Of a stretch of 64,000 bases of DNA, positions 1 to 13,853 are shown in pieces; within the stretch, counting starts at the first letter, position 1; every line of letters begins with the position of its first letter. A program made the position numbers and the translations under genes. The notes beneath the pieces are model-generated. The model was not told the origin of the DNA. It did not search any database and saw nothing but the letters and a program-made list of their open reading frames with translations. Source of the DNA: Octopus vulgaris (taxonomy: Eukaryota); the NCBI GenBank assembly GCA_951406725.2, contig OX597837.1, positions 40,796,001-40,860,000 on the forward strand, written 5' to 3'.

Positions 1-287
1 ATAAGTATATTTTAAACTGGAATAAAAAATGCATGACGGGAAGGGAAAGGTGTTGGTGTCGCTGGGGAAAACATCAATCGTTTCGTCTTAAGCGATTATC
101 GGCCCCTTAACCACAAACACGCGCCCGTTGTTAAAGCCGTGTTTTGTTAAACTAATTGCCGTTATTGTAATAATAGTAGTTATAATAGAAATACTAGTCG
201 CCATTGGAATTGTTGTTGTTGCAGCTATTGTCGTTGTTGTTGTTGTTGTTACAACACTCGGAGTTGTTTCACTGGTCGATTTGCTTA

Positions 288-382
<95 letters not shown>

Positions 383-390
383 GTTGTTGT
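288..390. repeat. (ATT)n/(GTT)n microsatellite
   Basis: Direct reading; it produces the poly-I/poly-L ORFs at 128-434. Confidence 0.95.
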
Positions 391-1204
391 TATGTGCTAT
401 TGTTGTCAAGACTTCTGACACACTCAAACAATAGACATATTAACACCGACCATCACTGCTAAATCGTAGATAATGATACCCAAGACAATTCGCTTCTTGT
501 TAAAGCTGTCGCTTCATTGTGCAAAAGAGGTGTTTAGTCAATTATATATTAAGCTACGTACACTTCCAGTCAATATCACTGCGCATTGTACCACCGTTAT
601 TACAGCCACGTGTTTCCACTTAAAAAGTCACTACTCGTTCCACACACACATATATATATATACCCTAGGTATTGTTTTTGTCTTTGTTGCTGATTGTAGT
701 TGCACTTAAAAGTGTGCAGCCAAAAGCTGTGCAATGAAATTGCTTCTAAACGGATCGGATATATGATTGTTCTTTTTTTTTAAAAAATGGTTTGCATAAT
801 TCATAAGTACAAATATTCTCCATAACTTTGTCAAATGCAACATGAGAGTAAATGATCCGTGATGAATATTTAATAAGAATCGAAACTAGTAGATATCATC
901 TTAGGTTTGATTTTTTAACTATCTTTAACTATTAAAACTCCTGTGGTTTATCCGTGGCTCATATTTTCCTCTGCGATAGCAAATATTTTTGCTACGTTTT
1001 TATTAAACAGGCTGTGAATGCATTCCAAACGTTTACCGTCTTACTCACAGTTAGGTTTTCTAAACTTTGTCAGTCTCAACGGTTAGTATATAAATTCTTA
1101 GAAAATTACTATTTTTAAATCTCGTGAGACCTAAAAATTGTAATTTAAAAATAGTAATTTAAAATAGTAATAGTCGTGAGATATTCAGCAACGGTACTTT
1201 GTAG

Positions 1205-1452
1205 TAAAGATTGTTTGCCAACATAACATGGCAGTTCTGGTTTAGGACGAATGTTGCTATAATTTAGCCCCAGGAGACATCGTCTCCAGTTGGCTATACG
1301 ACACGATCTGTGTCCTTATATTTCCTTGTTCGAAAATATAAGGACACAGATCATGTTGCATAGCCAGCTGGAGACGATGTCTCCTGGGGCTAAATTACAG
1401 CAGCAGTCGTCCTAAACTAGGACTGCCATGTTATGTTGGCAAATAATCTTTA
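1205..1452. repeat. Long inverted repeat (fold-back), about 119-bp arms and a 10-nt loop
   Basis: TAAAGATTGTTTGCCAAC...TGTGTCCTTATATTT (1205-1323) is mirrored by AAATATAAGGACACA...GTTGGCAAATAATCTTTA (1334-1452), with about 10 mismatches. Confidence 0.92.
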
Positions 1453-1549
1453 TATATAAATTCTGTTATATTTCCTATTAGATAAGAATTCAGAGATATA
1501 TTCCGTTGGCTTATTCCAAATAGATAGCCTCCAACCATATATGCTCCGT

Positions 1550-2155
1550 GGAGGCGCGTGGCTTAGTGGTTAGGGTGTTGGACTCTTGATTGTATGATTG
1601 TAGTTTCGATTCCTAGATCGGGCTACGCGTTGCGTTCTTGAGCAAAACACTTCATTTCACTTTTGTCCACTCCACTCAGCTGACACAAGTGAGTAACCTT
1701 GCGACGAACCCCCGTGTCCCGTCCGGGATGGGAATATACAGGGTGATTCAAAAGTCGCCACGCGTAGGAGCAATTTATGTTTTTACAAGAAACAGTTTAT
1801 AAGAACAGCTTTTTTTATTTATTTAACAGGTTCTATATGGTTACGATTGTTTTGAATACACATTGCAATACGTTTACCCCACTCATAGTGAACTTGTTAT
1901 AATATCACATCTGGTGATACGTGTTCAAAGGAGTTCGTGATGCGTTCCTTCAAATCATTTATGTCTTCTGTCTTTCCGCGAGACACCATGTCTTTCAAAT
2001 GCCACCAAAGATACAAATCAAGAGGGGTCAGACCAGGGGATCTAGGGGATCTTATAAACTGATTCTTATAAAAGAATACATTTTTCCTATGTATGGAGAC
2101 TTTTGAATCACCCTGTACCCGCCAGGAAAATGAGGAACCGGACTTTATGAGTTGG
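1550..2155 (+). mobile_element. tRNA-derived SINE (family C) interrupted by a Tc1-like element
   Basis: Head GGAGGCGCGTGGCTTAGTGGTTAGGG (A-box) and GTTTCGATTCC (B-box); the body resumes after 2117. Homologous to the minus-strand copy at 2380-2640. Confidence 0.8.
1739..2115 (-). mobile_element. Internally deleted Tc1/mariner (rosa/DD41D-like) element with TIRs and TA duplication
   Basis: TA|CAGGGTGATTCAAAAGTC ... GACTTTTGAATCACCCTG|TA. The minus strand encodes PRSPGLTPLDLYLWWHLKDMV...INDLKERIT, matching the WPPRSPDLTPLDFYLWGYLK motif. Confidence 0.9.
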
Positions 2156-2379
2156 TATGAAAAAAGTTAGAAGTCCAAGAGTCGGAGGGTTTCGTGCCAA
2201 CGGCATGCATGAATCTATCGGCCTTTGCGTCTCTTTATGGCTTCTGCCGACTAAACATTAATAAAATTCAATATACTCATACACTGAGCACTCTTCACAT
2301 GTTTCTTCTATTAAACACATTCATATACACGCACATATTTATGTACAAATGCAGTTGAGTGTATGTACAAAATGTAAAA

Positions 2380-2640
2380 GGTAAAGTTACCTACTCGAGT
2401 TTTTGCCCACGCATAAAGGCCGGTTTCCCGGTTTCCATGGTGTATATATTCCCAACCTGGACGGGACGCCGATCCGTCGTCGCAGAGTTATTCCTTTTTG
2501 ACGGCTGAGTAGACTGGAGCAACGTGAAATGAAGTGTTTTATTCAAGAACAAAATGCGTCGCCCTGTCCAGGAATCGAAACCGCAATTGTAGGATCACAA
2601 GTCCATCCCTACCCCTCCGAACCACTAAGGCACATGCCTT
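2380..2640 (-). mobile_element. tRNA-derived SINE (family C)
   Basis: Reverse complement of the 1550 element (GGAATCGAAACC B-box; CTGGAGCAACGTGAAATGAAGTG body). Confidence 0.8.
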
Positions 2641-3007
2641 TTTATTTATTTTTTTTTATATTCATTTTAAACTTGGAATGGCTATGAGGGGCCATGTAAG
2701 TAAAAGACGAATGAAAACGGTCCATAGTAAAAAAAAATGAAAGAGTGACTGATCGATTGAGGGTAATGTAAACCAGGATGGAACTTAAATTATTGATTTG
2801 GGACAAGGTTTATCATCAAAGAATTGAATCCATTTTTATGTCTACTGGTTCGTTACGAATATCTTCTGTTGAATGGCTGGATGAAATCATGCCTTCCATA
2901 TTTCAGGATGTTGTTTCTTTGAACAGGCAAGAATGTTACCCGCTAAACTCTTCAAAGGGGTTCTCTGACTTGGTCGCAAGTCCAATGGCTGAAGGATCTC
3001 TTTGTAT

Positions 3008-3369
3008 ATAAACGGCAAAATATCTGTGTGTGTGTGTGTCCTTTATACAAATCCAAAATTTTTCAGTTAGAGAGCTCGCACTTTCTATGGTCATTCAAAA
3101 CCGTCCAAGGGTGGTCGTGCACATCTTTACATTTCTTTACATTTCCCCAGTCACCCCGCAAAGCCATTAAAAATAAATAGAAGTGACTTTTTGTGAATTT
3201 TCTATCCAAAACCCAATCAAAATGCCCGAAACTTGATACTCCAATTGAATGCCAGTTAGCTGTATGTGATTGGTCGGAGATTTGGACAGTACTCGCGTGT
3301 ATGTGCGCACGCAGCTGTATATGCATGCACTAGCACTATGACCCGGCGTTGCTGGGTCATAGTGATAGT
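3008..3369 (-). mobile_element. Non-autonomous Helitron/Helentron-like (DINE/Lep1-like) element
   Basis: The 5' end is an ACTAGCACTATGACCCGG palindrome; the 3' end is (CA)n...TTTTGCCGTTTATATA. A homologous copy lies at 42212-42472. Confidence 0.6.
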
Positions 3370-3499
3370 AAGAGAATAAAAGAATTAAGAACTAAAGAGA
3401 CTTGAAAGAACAACATAACATAAATAAATAAAACTAGCACAAATAATTATAAAAAAAATTTGTATCAGTTTTTGGCAGTGGGTTTAGACGACCGTATTG

Positions 3500-4715
3500 A
3501 CATGATTGGTCATTTTATTTTTATCGGCCCAGAAAGGATGAACGGCGAAGTTGGCCTTGGTGTAACTTGAACTCAGAACCTAAAGTACTAAAAGAAATGT
3601 CACCAATCATTTTGACAGGAGTGCTAACGACTCTGCCAGCTCGCCACTAATCATCATTCTTTCTTAATTTGGCTGGCACAAGGAGAGCAAATTTAGATAG
3701 TGGTTAGTCGACTAGATCGATTCTAGAACTCAAGTAGTAGTTATTTATGAACATGGAAAGGATTAAAATCAAATTTGACCACGGCGGAATGTGAACTCGT
3801 AACCTAAAGAACCGGGAGTAATATCACTAAGCATTTTGTCTGCCAATTTTCTACCATCGGTTTCAACTCTTGGCAAGAGGCCAGTAATTTTAGAACTAAT
3901 CGACTACTTCAACCATGGTCCTTGACTGGTATTATATTTTATCGACCCTGAGTGATAAGGGGCAAAGTAGACCTTAACGGCTTTTGAATTGTGAACGTAA
4001 GAGCTGAAAAAAAGCCGCTAAGTATTTTGCCGGACACGCAAACTCTTCTACAAGCTCGCCCCTGTAATAATGACTAGAGATGAAATTTTGAGGGAAGGGG
4101 CCGCTAATCGATATTGTAGATCCCAGTGCGAAATTTGTTCTTATTTTACTCCTCCTTCCCCATCTTCCTCGAGAAGACAAAAGGCAATTTTGGCAGCATT
4201 TAAATTCAGAAGATAAAGATTCGGAACAAATGCTGCTAAGCATTTTGTCCGGGGCGCTAACGATTCTGCCAGCTCACTGCCTTAATACACCTTTCTAGTA
4301 TGGGCACGATACCTGAAATCTGGGAGAGGGATCAGTCGATTACCCTGATCCCAGTGTATAACTGGTACTTATTTGATCGAGCCCCCAAAATGAAAAAAAG
4401 GCAAAGCCAACCTCGCCAGAATTTGAACTCATAATGTAAAGACGACCGAAATAATACTAAACGTTTGGTTCGCTGTGTTATCGATTCGGCCAGCTCACTA
4501 CCTTAAAATGATGACTGGAAATTTTCGCACAGGGCCAGCAATTTTAGGGATTGGAGGGGTTTCCCGATTACCTAAACCGAACTTAAAATGATAAATATTA
4601 AAGTCGTCTCGGCGGGATGGGTTTGAACTCAGATCGTACAGATTCAGAAGCAAAGCCAGTTGGCAATTTTTCTCCGTCTAACGTGTAAGAGATTCTACCA
4701 ACGCACCGCCTTAAT
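3500..4715 (-). mobile_element. Cluster of degenerate tandem family B SINEs (Nin/Deu-domain-like)
   Basis: Repeated TTTATCGACCC...GATGAAAGGCAAAGTCGACC...ATTTGAACTC...TCTGCCAGCTCGCC blocks. Confidence 0.8.
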
Positions 4716-5679
4716 AAGTACAAAGAATAACGCCAAATAAAAGACAAGCAGCAACAGTCAATAAGAAGGGTTACGTAAACTTGGATAAGTTGAAATTAAT
4801 TCGTTATTCATGTTATTCCTGTCTGCTACAAGACTTGGCGAGACAATTTAGTCGTTTAGAAGGTTAAGAAGAAGAGCAAGGGAAAACAAACAGCGGCATG
4901 TTTCCTAAACTTTTATCTTCATGGATGAGCTAAAAATATTCGGAAGCAATAACTTATGTCAGCGATAGAACTTATTTCTCGTCGGCAGACATTTTCGGTT
5001 TGTGTTTTTTGTCGAACCTTTTAATGGCGAGTGTGCGTATATACATGTGAGCTCATGCGTGTACGAATATGTGCATGTACGCATTTGTATTATTGTATAT
5101 GTGTGTGTATGTGTTTGCGTGTGTCCAGAATATTCAAATATCACGAGACCAAATCAGACCAGACTAGATAAAAACTATCAAAAGAGAGGAAAGTACAACA
5201 GATTCCGTCCATTATTTGCATATAAAAATAGAGGAATAAATATATTTTTACCAACATTAATGATGAGCATAAGAATGGTTTGATGGAGAAGACGGAGAAT
5301 AAAAGCAAAAAAATAAGAGAGTCAGGGTGTCAGGATGGGTTTGCGGTAGTGTGGGCAGTGTGAGAAGACATAAGATGAGCAAGCAAACAAGCGAACGTAT
5401 TGAGGTTAGATGAGATGGTGTCTGTCGTGGAGATGAGGTGAGGAGAGGAAGAATAGGTGTTCAAGAAGGAAATGGATAAAATAGACAATGAAGATGTTTG
5501 GAATTAGGAAACAAATAGAAATAGAATATAAACATCAGAAAAAGGGACATAAAAATGGTAAATAAATAAATATATCAAAATAGTAGTAAATTGGGAAATA
5601 CAACAGGAATAAAACGATTGTTTGATTGAAGAAAAAAGTTTTATGCACACACTGGTATCAATGCGTAGGTTTATGTATG

Positions 5680-6371
5680 TATATACATATATATATGTGT
5701 GTGTGTATGTGTGTGTAATTTGTATGTGAAAACACGCGATTGCATGTGTATATAGGTACAAAAAACATATATACACATTGAGTGTAAGTGCATGTAAATA
5801 CATGTGTGCTTGTATGTGTGTGTGTGTGTTTGTTTGTTCGTATACATACATACAGACCGACAGAGAGATAAATACATACATACACACATACATACAAACA
5901 TATATACATACACATGCATACATATATACATACACACAGACACATATATATATATACATACACATATACATACACACACATACATACATACATACATACG
6001 TACATACATACATACATACATACATATGTACACACGTACATACATACATACATACATACATACATACATACATACAAACGTACATACATATACATACACA
6101 CGTACATACATACATACATACATATGCATACACATGCAGGTTGCTATTTTTAGCTTCCGGTCATTTTTTTTATTACTAAGATAAATGTTTGTGTAAATGA
6201 TAATATGTTGCTCTCTATGTATATACATAAATATGTATATATGTATGTGTGTATATACCTGCACATATGCATATATCTGTATCTGTGTATGTGTGTATGT
6301 ATGTATATAAATATTCATATATTCATACATATTTATATGTATAACTTAGTATATACATACATGCGTATGTG

Positions 6372-6450
<79 letters not shown>

Positions 6451-6552
6451 AAGCAGCTAAAACTTTTAGTTTTAGGTCATTTTTATTTCTGAGATAAATG
6501 TCTGTGTACATATGTACATATGTTGATGTATATGTACATAAATATTTACGTA

Positions 6553-6617
<65 letters not shown>

Positions 6618-6640
6618 ACGTATATATACATCTATGTATG

Positions 6641-6702
<62 letters not shown>

Positions 6703-6900
6703 CATATATATATATGTATGTTTATATATAGAGAGAGACAGATATATATATATATATATATTTATATATAATATACACAAACATATACAAAAATATACAC
6801 ATGTTTGCATGTAGGTATGCATACATATAGACATTATTATTATACATATACAGATACACAAAATGCACACATGCAGAGAAATATATATATATTTACATAT
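5680..6900. repeat. Compound (TACA)n/(CA)n/(TA)n microsatellite field
   Basis: Direct reading. Confidence 0.95.
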
Positions 6901-7309
6901 GAGCCTGTCCATAAACAAGTATTATAAAGCCATTGTATGAAAAAAAAAAACGTTGTTTCGTTTCGTTTTTTGCAGTTCTGTTTTTTTGGCGTTTCTCTTT
7001 TTTTTTTTAAGAACAACTATGTTTTGTGTAAGTTACAACACTAAAAACACAACAGAAGTTTGTTTGAAGTAAGAGACGATCCTATTTCCAGGCCAAAGCA
7101 TACCAAAGAGGTAAAATAAAAAGATTATAAAACCATACGACGTTATAGGAAACCTAATAAATAAATACAGTAAAAAAACAAACAGGGGTATCAGTAGGAA
7201 AAAAAGAAGATGGAATAGTAATGGCGTTTCGTTTGAATGGAAGCCATGATCAAATAGCCACATAAGATAAACCAAAAGAAAATACAACACTATTAACTAC
7301 TTATTTTAT

Positions 7310-7310
7310 G

Positions 7311-7349
<39 letters not shown>

Positions 7350-7393
7350 TATATATGTATCTATCTCTCTCTGTCTCTCTATACATAGATATA

Positions 7394-7465
<72 letters not shown>

Positions 7466-7563
7466 TGTGTTTACGTGTGTGTATATATGTGTTTATGCAT
7501 ACGTATATATGTGTGTATATGTGTCTATGTGTGTGTATGTATTTACATTATATATTTTCATAA

Positions 7564-7607
<44 letters not shown>

Positions 7608-7712
7608 GTGTGTATGCATATATGTATATATATATTTGTATATGTGTGTGTGTAAAAATCCCTGTAAATACACGTATGTACATATATGTATACATACATG
7701 CTTGCATGCGTG

Positions 7713-7753
<41 letters not shown>

Positions 7754-7876
7754 ATACTTGTATGTATATCTTTATATAGAGAGAAACACATAGCTGTACA
7801 TACGAATCGAGCAGACAGATGGAGAGATAGATACGAGTGCTGCCGAAAACTATCAGTACCAAGGGTTTTAATAAAT

Positions 7877-7927
<51 letters not shown>

Positions 7928-7999
7928 TATACACACACACACGTGTGTATATATATACACACACACACGTGTGTATATATATGCACACACACATGTATA

Positions 8000-8041
<42 letters not shown>

Positions 8042-8259
8042 CATAGATATATATGTATATACGTATATATATATTTATATTTTATATGTATTGTATGTAT
8101 ATATGTATGTATGTATATATGTACGTATGTATGTATTTATTTGCATATATATATTTACAGATAGAGAGAGAGGCGGGAGATAAGCAACAGATTGTTTTAT
8201 TTATTCATTACCATTATTATTATTATTATTAGTAGTAGTAGTATTACTACTACTACTAC

Positions 8260-8307
<48 letters not shown>

Positions 8308-8310
8308 CAT
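7310..8310. repeat. Compound (TA)n/(CA)n field followed by (ATT)n
   Basis: Direct reading. Confidence 0.95.
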
Positions 8311-9186
8311 CGTCGTTATTATTCGTCGGGAACGTTTTTATTTTTGTTAATTTTTCATTTTCGTTATATCGTGAAAAAAAAATGAAGAAACACGATAGAA
8401 AAATACCAAAACCAAAACCCCAAACAAAAAAGAAAGTAGAAACAGAACTCAACAATGAACACTGCAAAATATATTTGTATGATCTTGCCGCCGTCTTTAT
8501 GGAAATAGACAATAAATATTATGAAAGATGAAGCCAAAGAACTATGTGTTTCTCCTTAGCAAAACACACAGATTAGCGATCCTTTACGCTCCATCACACC
8601 TATTGCAGCGATCGTCAAACCTTTACTATTTTTCGTTGCTATTTTATTTCTTTGTTTGGATTTTCTTTTTTTCTATATAGCACGACGGACAAAATGTTTA
8701 GCATCATTTCTTCCGGCTTTTTTTACGTACCAAGTTCGAATTCCGCTGAGGTCAACCTTGCTGTTCATTTTTTCGGGGTACCAGTTGAACACTGGCTCGA
8801 TATAGTCGGCCTCAAAATTGCTGACTGTGTGTCAAAATAAGAAAGGATCATCATTGTTGAGGTGTAAAACCAGCAGAATCGTTAGCGTTGATTTTGCCGT
8901 TCATCCCCTCGGGGTACGAGGAAATAATTTGTGGTTGAGTACTGGGGGTCAGTATAATCGACTTCCAACACCCACTCCACCAAAAAAACGTTTCAGTCCT
9001 TGTGCCTGTAAAAGAAAGGATTACTTTTACTGTTATGGCCGTAACGGAACTTAAGAGGAGAACTTCCAAATGGATGCATTCGACTTGGTAGAAACAGCAG
9101 CCAAATAGCGGAAAGTCCCTGAAGTATACTTAGTACGTAAAAAAAAAAAGCCGGAAGAAATGATGCTAAGCATTTTGTCCGTCGTG

Positions 9187-9229
<43 letters not shown>

Positions 9230-9303
9230 CAAAAAATTCAGCATAAATTATTTGCCACCAGCGGTCTATATATATATACATATATATATACATATATACA
9301 TAT

Positions 9304-9391
<88 letters not shown>

Positions 9392-9584
9392 TAATAATAA
9401 TATGACAACAAAAGAATGAATGAAACCTTCATATTATGTAAAATAGAGGAATTTATCTATAAATATAATATGAGACAATTAGTTGGTTGTCATAATAAAA
9501 CTCAGAGTTTCGGATACCGGGGCTCCGGCCTCTTATGAGAATCAAATAAGGTTCGAAAATCGATTAAAGTTATTCATCATTTTA

Positions 9585-9942
<358 letters not shown>

Positions 9943-10789
9943 TCTTTAGAAGTTTCTTTTTTATACAGCCTTTTTAAATTCTTAAATCTGATAAAGTCAC
10001 AAAGAAAATTTAAAAACAAAAACAAAAACAAAAAAAAAACAAGCGAAAGGTATCACTTTTTAATGAACGACAATATATTCTCTTCCAAGTGGAACTCGAA
10101 CGCGTTACTCCAGATTGGACAGATTGCACGAAGGCTGACAGAAACTCCGTCACTAATTCACTAACGCATTTCTTATTGCACTTCTCCTCCATTTATTTAT
10201 TATACATACACAGACAAATGCACACAGGTGTATATAATCCATGCAGCATGTCTAACTGCTTGACAAATCAATCGCGGATTCCTGTGAATTATAGACAAGT
10301 CAGCCATGTTGTTCAGTCAACTGCATTTAAGTAAAAAAAGCTGTTTTAATAGCTATAAATGATTGCTGAACAAAACACAGTAGCTAAATTACTCATATCG
10401 TTCTTATTGATGTTCCTTTTATATTTTGTTATTGTTGTTGTTGTTGTTGTTGTCGGTTTTATTTATTTATTTCGTTGTTTTCTTTAAGCAGACGTCCCTC
10501 CTATTGTTGTTCATTTTGTTGCTCTCATCCTTGTAGTTGCTGCTGTTGTTGTTGTTGTTATAGTCTTTGTTGTTGTTATCATTCATACACAACACTGCAA
10601 TGGCTGACGACTGTCAAAGTATTGATTATTAATATCTTCCTTAACAAAAGCTGCATCACATCGAGCCGCTTACCTCCCATCTCAATCACCCCCACCCTTC
10701 CCATTAGGCTGCGATGCATTTTAAAATGTTTTCGTTTCTCTTTCTTTTCCCATTGCTGTCATCTCTTATTATTACCTCGTTGTTGTTCT

Positions 10790-11360
10790 TCCGCCGCCTT
10801 TGCGTTCTGAGTTCGAATACCGCCAAGGTCAACTTCTTCTTTTCATCCTTTCGAAGTCGATGAAAATAAAATAAAATAAAGTACCAGCCATGCTCTGGGG
10901 TCATTGTAATCAACTAGCCCCCATCTCCCTCCAAAATTTCCGGTCTTCTGCTTATTGTAGAAATACAATTTCATTGTTGTTCTTCCGTCTCTAAGTTCTC
11001 AGTTCAAATTCTGCTGAGGTCGACTTTGCCGTTCATCTTTCAAAATCGATGAAACTGGTACCAGTTATACTTTGGGGTCAAAGTAATCAGCTAGTTCCAT
11101 TCATCCCCAAAATTTCAATTCTTGTGTCTATAGTAGAAAGGACTATTTCGTTGTTGTTCTTCCGTCTCTAAGTTCTCAGTTCAATTTCTGCTGAGATCGA
11201 CTTGGCCTTTCATCCTTTCAAAATCGATGAAACAGATACCAGTCATACTCTGGAGTCAATATAATCAACAAGCCCCACCTCCAATTAATTGACTGGTATT
11301 TTGCCTATAGGAGAAAGGGTTATTTTATTCTGTTCTTCCGTCTTTAAGTTCTGAAGTCAG
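10790..11360 (+). mobile_element. Tandem array of about 180-bp family B SINE fragments
   Basis: Three to four repeats of TTGTTCTTCCGTCTCTAAGTTCTCAGTTCAAATTCTGCTGAGGTCGAC... Confidence 0.8.
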
Positions 11361-11369
11361 AATGTCCCC

Positions 11370-11915
11370 AGTGTCTCACTGGTACTTATTTTATCGACCC
11401 CCAAAGGATAAAAAGCAAAGTCGACCTCGGCGGAATTTGAACTCAGAACGTAAAGAGAGACGAAATACCTATTTCTTTACTGCCCACAAGGGGCCAAAGA
11501 CAGAAAAGACAAACAAGCACAGACAAACGGATTAAGTCGATTACATCGACCCCTGTGCGTAACTGGTACTTAATTTATCGACCCCGAAAGGATGAAAGGT
11601 AAAGTCGACCTCGGCGAAATTTGAACTCAGAACGTAGCGGCAGACGAAATACAGCTCAGCATTTCGCCCGACGTGCTACCGATTCTGCCAGCTCGCCGCC
11701 TTACTTTTAATACCTATTTCTTTACTACCCACAAGGATCTAAACAGGGAGAGGACAAACAAGGACAGACAAACGGATAAAGTAGATTATATCGACCCCAG
11801 TGTGTAACTGGTATTTATTTTATCGACCCCCCAAAGGATAAAAAGCAAAGACGATCTCGGCAGAATTTGAACTCAGAACATAAAGACAGACGAAATACTT
11901 CTAAGCATTTCGCCT
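11370..11915 (-). mobile_element. Nested/tandem family B SINEs
   Basis: Near-complete copy at 11470-11700 ending in ...TCTGCCAGCTCGCCGCC; contains GCCTTTCATCCTTTCGGGGTCGATAAA (Nin/Deu-like domain) on the minus strand. Confidence 0.85.
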
Positions 11916-11919
11916 GCTC

Positions 11920-12175
11920 GTGGAATTAACATGCAAGTGGCTGAGTACAACACATACATGTGTGCCCTCAACGTAGTTTTCAGGACGTTTGGGCGTGACG
12001 CAAGATGTAACAAAGCTGGCCCTTTGAACTACAAGTACAACTCGTTTTTGCCAGCTGAGCGGACTGGGGCAACGTGAAATAAAGCGCTTTAAGGATAGAA
12101 CGCGCCGCCGGGTTTCGAACTAACGACCTTACGCTCATGAACCAAATACCTTTACCACCAAGTCATGCGGCTTCG
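11920..12175 (-). mobile_element. SINE (family C-related, long tail)
   Basis: GCCAGCTGAG...GCAACGTGAAATAAAG body and TTCGAAC B-box; homologous to 61017-61340. Confidence 0.7.
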
Positions 12176-12827
12176 TCTTGATATGGGTGCAACGCAAGAA
12201 ATGGTGAGATCTGTTTCTGGATAAGGCCCTACTGCAGCTTTTAAAGCCTAATGCTGTGAAACATCGAACAAACATAAATATAGCTTGTTATTCTCTTTCT
12301 ACACAATCTCGCTCGTCTTGGAGGAAGTGAAGACGCGTGGCCTAAGGGCTAAGGTTAAGTAGGGGAGTGGGGGAGAGAGAGGGGAGAAAGAGTACCAGTT
12401 AAATACTGGGGTCACTGTCATCGACTATCCCCTGACCCCAAATTTCAGAGAATTATGTATATTTACTATCTCCTATCTACTTAAGGGCATTAGCATAGCC
12501 ATAAAGTTAAGGTCGCTGGTTCAACCCCACTGCGCGGCACTTTGAGAGCAAATGTTCTCTTCTATGCCCTCAAGTCGACGAAAGCTTTGTGACAACAGCA
12601 ACAACAACAATAATTGTCTGCTTAATTACTTTCTCATATCTTTCTCCCGTCCATTAAGCAATGTGAGGGAAGGAGGGTTGGGAAGAGAGTAAAAAGCCGC
12701 AGGGTTGGGGGGAAACACCCTGATGTCGTTGTTGTCAAACTATTTTCTTGTTGGTTTGCTATTTAGGGAATTTTTTTTTTGACAAATTATCACTGTTATT
12801 GTTGTCTTCGTCGGCCATTTTACTTAC

Positions 12828-12870
12828 CTGCGGATCTTCACTAACACCTGGATTATTTCAATAACGACGT
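12828..12870 (-). CDS. Candidate 43-nt internal exon (only open frame: xVVIEIIQVLVKIR)
   Basis: Minus strand reads GTTGTTGTTGCAG|ACGTCG...ATCCGCAG|GTAAGT, a consensus acceptor and donor in unique sequence. No homology recognised. Confidence 0.3.
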
Positions 12871-13032
12871 CTGCAACAACAACAACAAGAAGATCAACGA
12901 CATCAACCAAAGCGGCAGTAGAGGTAACAAAAGCTATGTCCCCTGCTCTCTGCCTCTTTTACACTGAAACTGGTCCCTCGAAACCCCTGCCGAGCCTTTG
13001 GTGATTATATTAGCCTGAGATGATCGGTTAAC

Positions 13033-13345
13033 GGTGGTGGTGGTGGTGGTGGTGGTGGTGGTGGTGGTGGTGGTGGTGGTGGTGGTGGTGGCGGTGGTGG
13101 TGGTGGTGGTGGTTGTGGTGGTGGTGGTGGTGGTGGTGGTGGTGGTGGTGGTGGTGGTGGTGGTGGTGGTGGTGGTGATGGTTGTGGTGGTGGTGGTTGT
13201 GGTGGTGGAGGTGGTGGTGGTGGTGGTGGAGGTGGTGGTGGTAGTGGTGGTGGTAATGGTGGTGGTGGTGGTGGTGGTGGTGGTGGTTGTGGTGGTTGCG
13301 GTGATGATGGTTGTGGTGGTGGTGGTGGTGGTGGTGATGGTGGAT
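13033..13345. repeat. (GGT)n microsatellite
   Basis: Direct reading; source of the poly-V/P/T ORFs. Confidence 0.95.
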
Positions 13346-13809
13346 ACGGCAACGGTGGAGATGGCGGTGGTTGCAGTGGTAATGAATGTGGTAATGGAGG
13401 TGGCGGCAGCGGAGGAGATAGCGCTGGTCGGCATGCCGTCGTCGTCGTCGTCGTCAACGTGGTTGTAGGAGTAGGGGTGATGGTAACAGTAGAGGTGGTA
13501 AAGGCGATAGAGGCACTTATTGATGGTGATAAGTCTACTGGGTGATGGTAGGAGTAGTAGTGATGGATGGGGTGGCAGTGGTGGTGGTGGTGATGGTCGT
13601 CGTCGTAGTCGTCGTGGTGATTGTTGCTGGTAGCAAGAGTCGTTATTGCTGGTGTTATTAACCTTCCATGCGCCCAGCAGTTATAGCATCGGGCTCACAA
13701 TCACGAGGCAGCGAGTTCAATTTCCGGTTCGGTCTGTGTGTTGTGGAAACATACGTAGCGATGCACTAAAATATTCATGAATTCCAACCAAAGGTTATTA
13801 CTGTTATTA

Positions 13810-13853
<44 letters not shown>

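Noticed and set aside
1550-1625. tRNA-like sequences (also 24018, 28765, 55866)
   Set aside because: They are SINE heads followed by SINE bodies; cloverleaves are degenerate.
2740-3000. 77-aa ORF / possible LINE remnant
   Set aside because: No diagnostic motif on either strand.
9496-9530. Minus-strand GAAACTCTGAGTT half-hammerhead
   Set aside because: The CUGANGA half is missing; a truncated relative of the 46377/32393 families, not a ribozyme.
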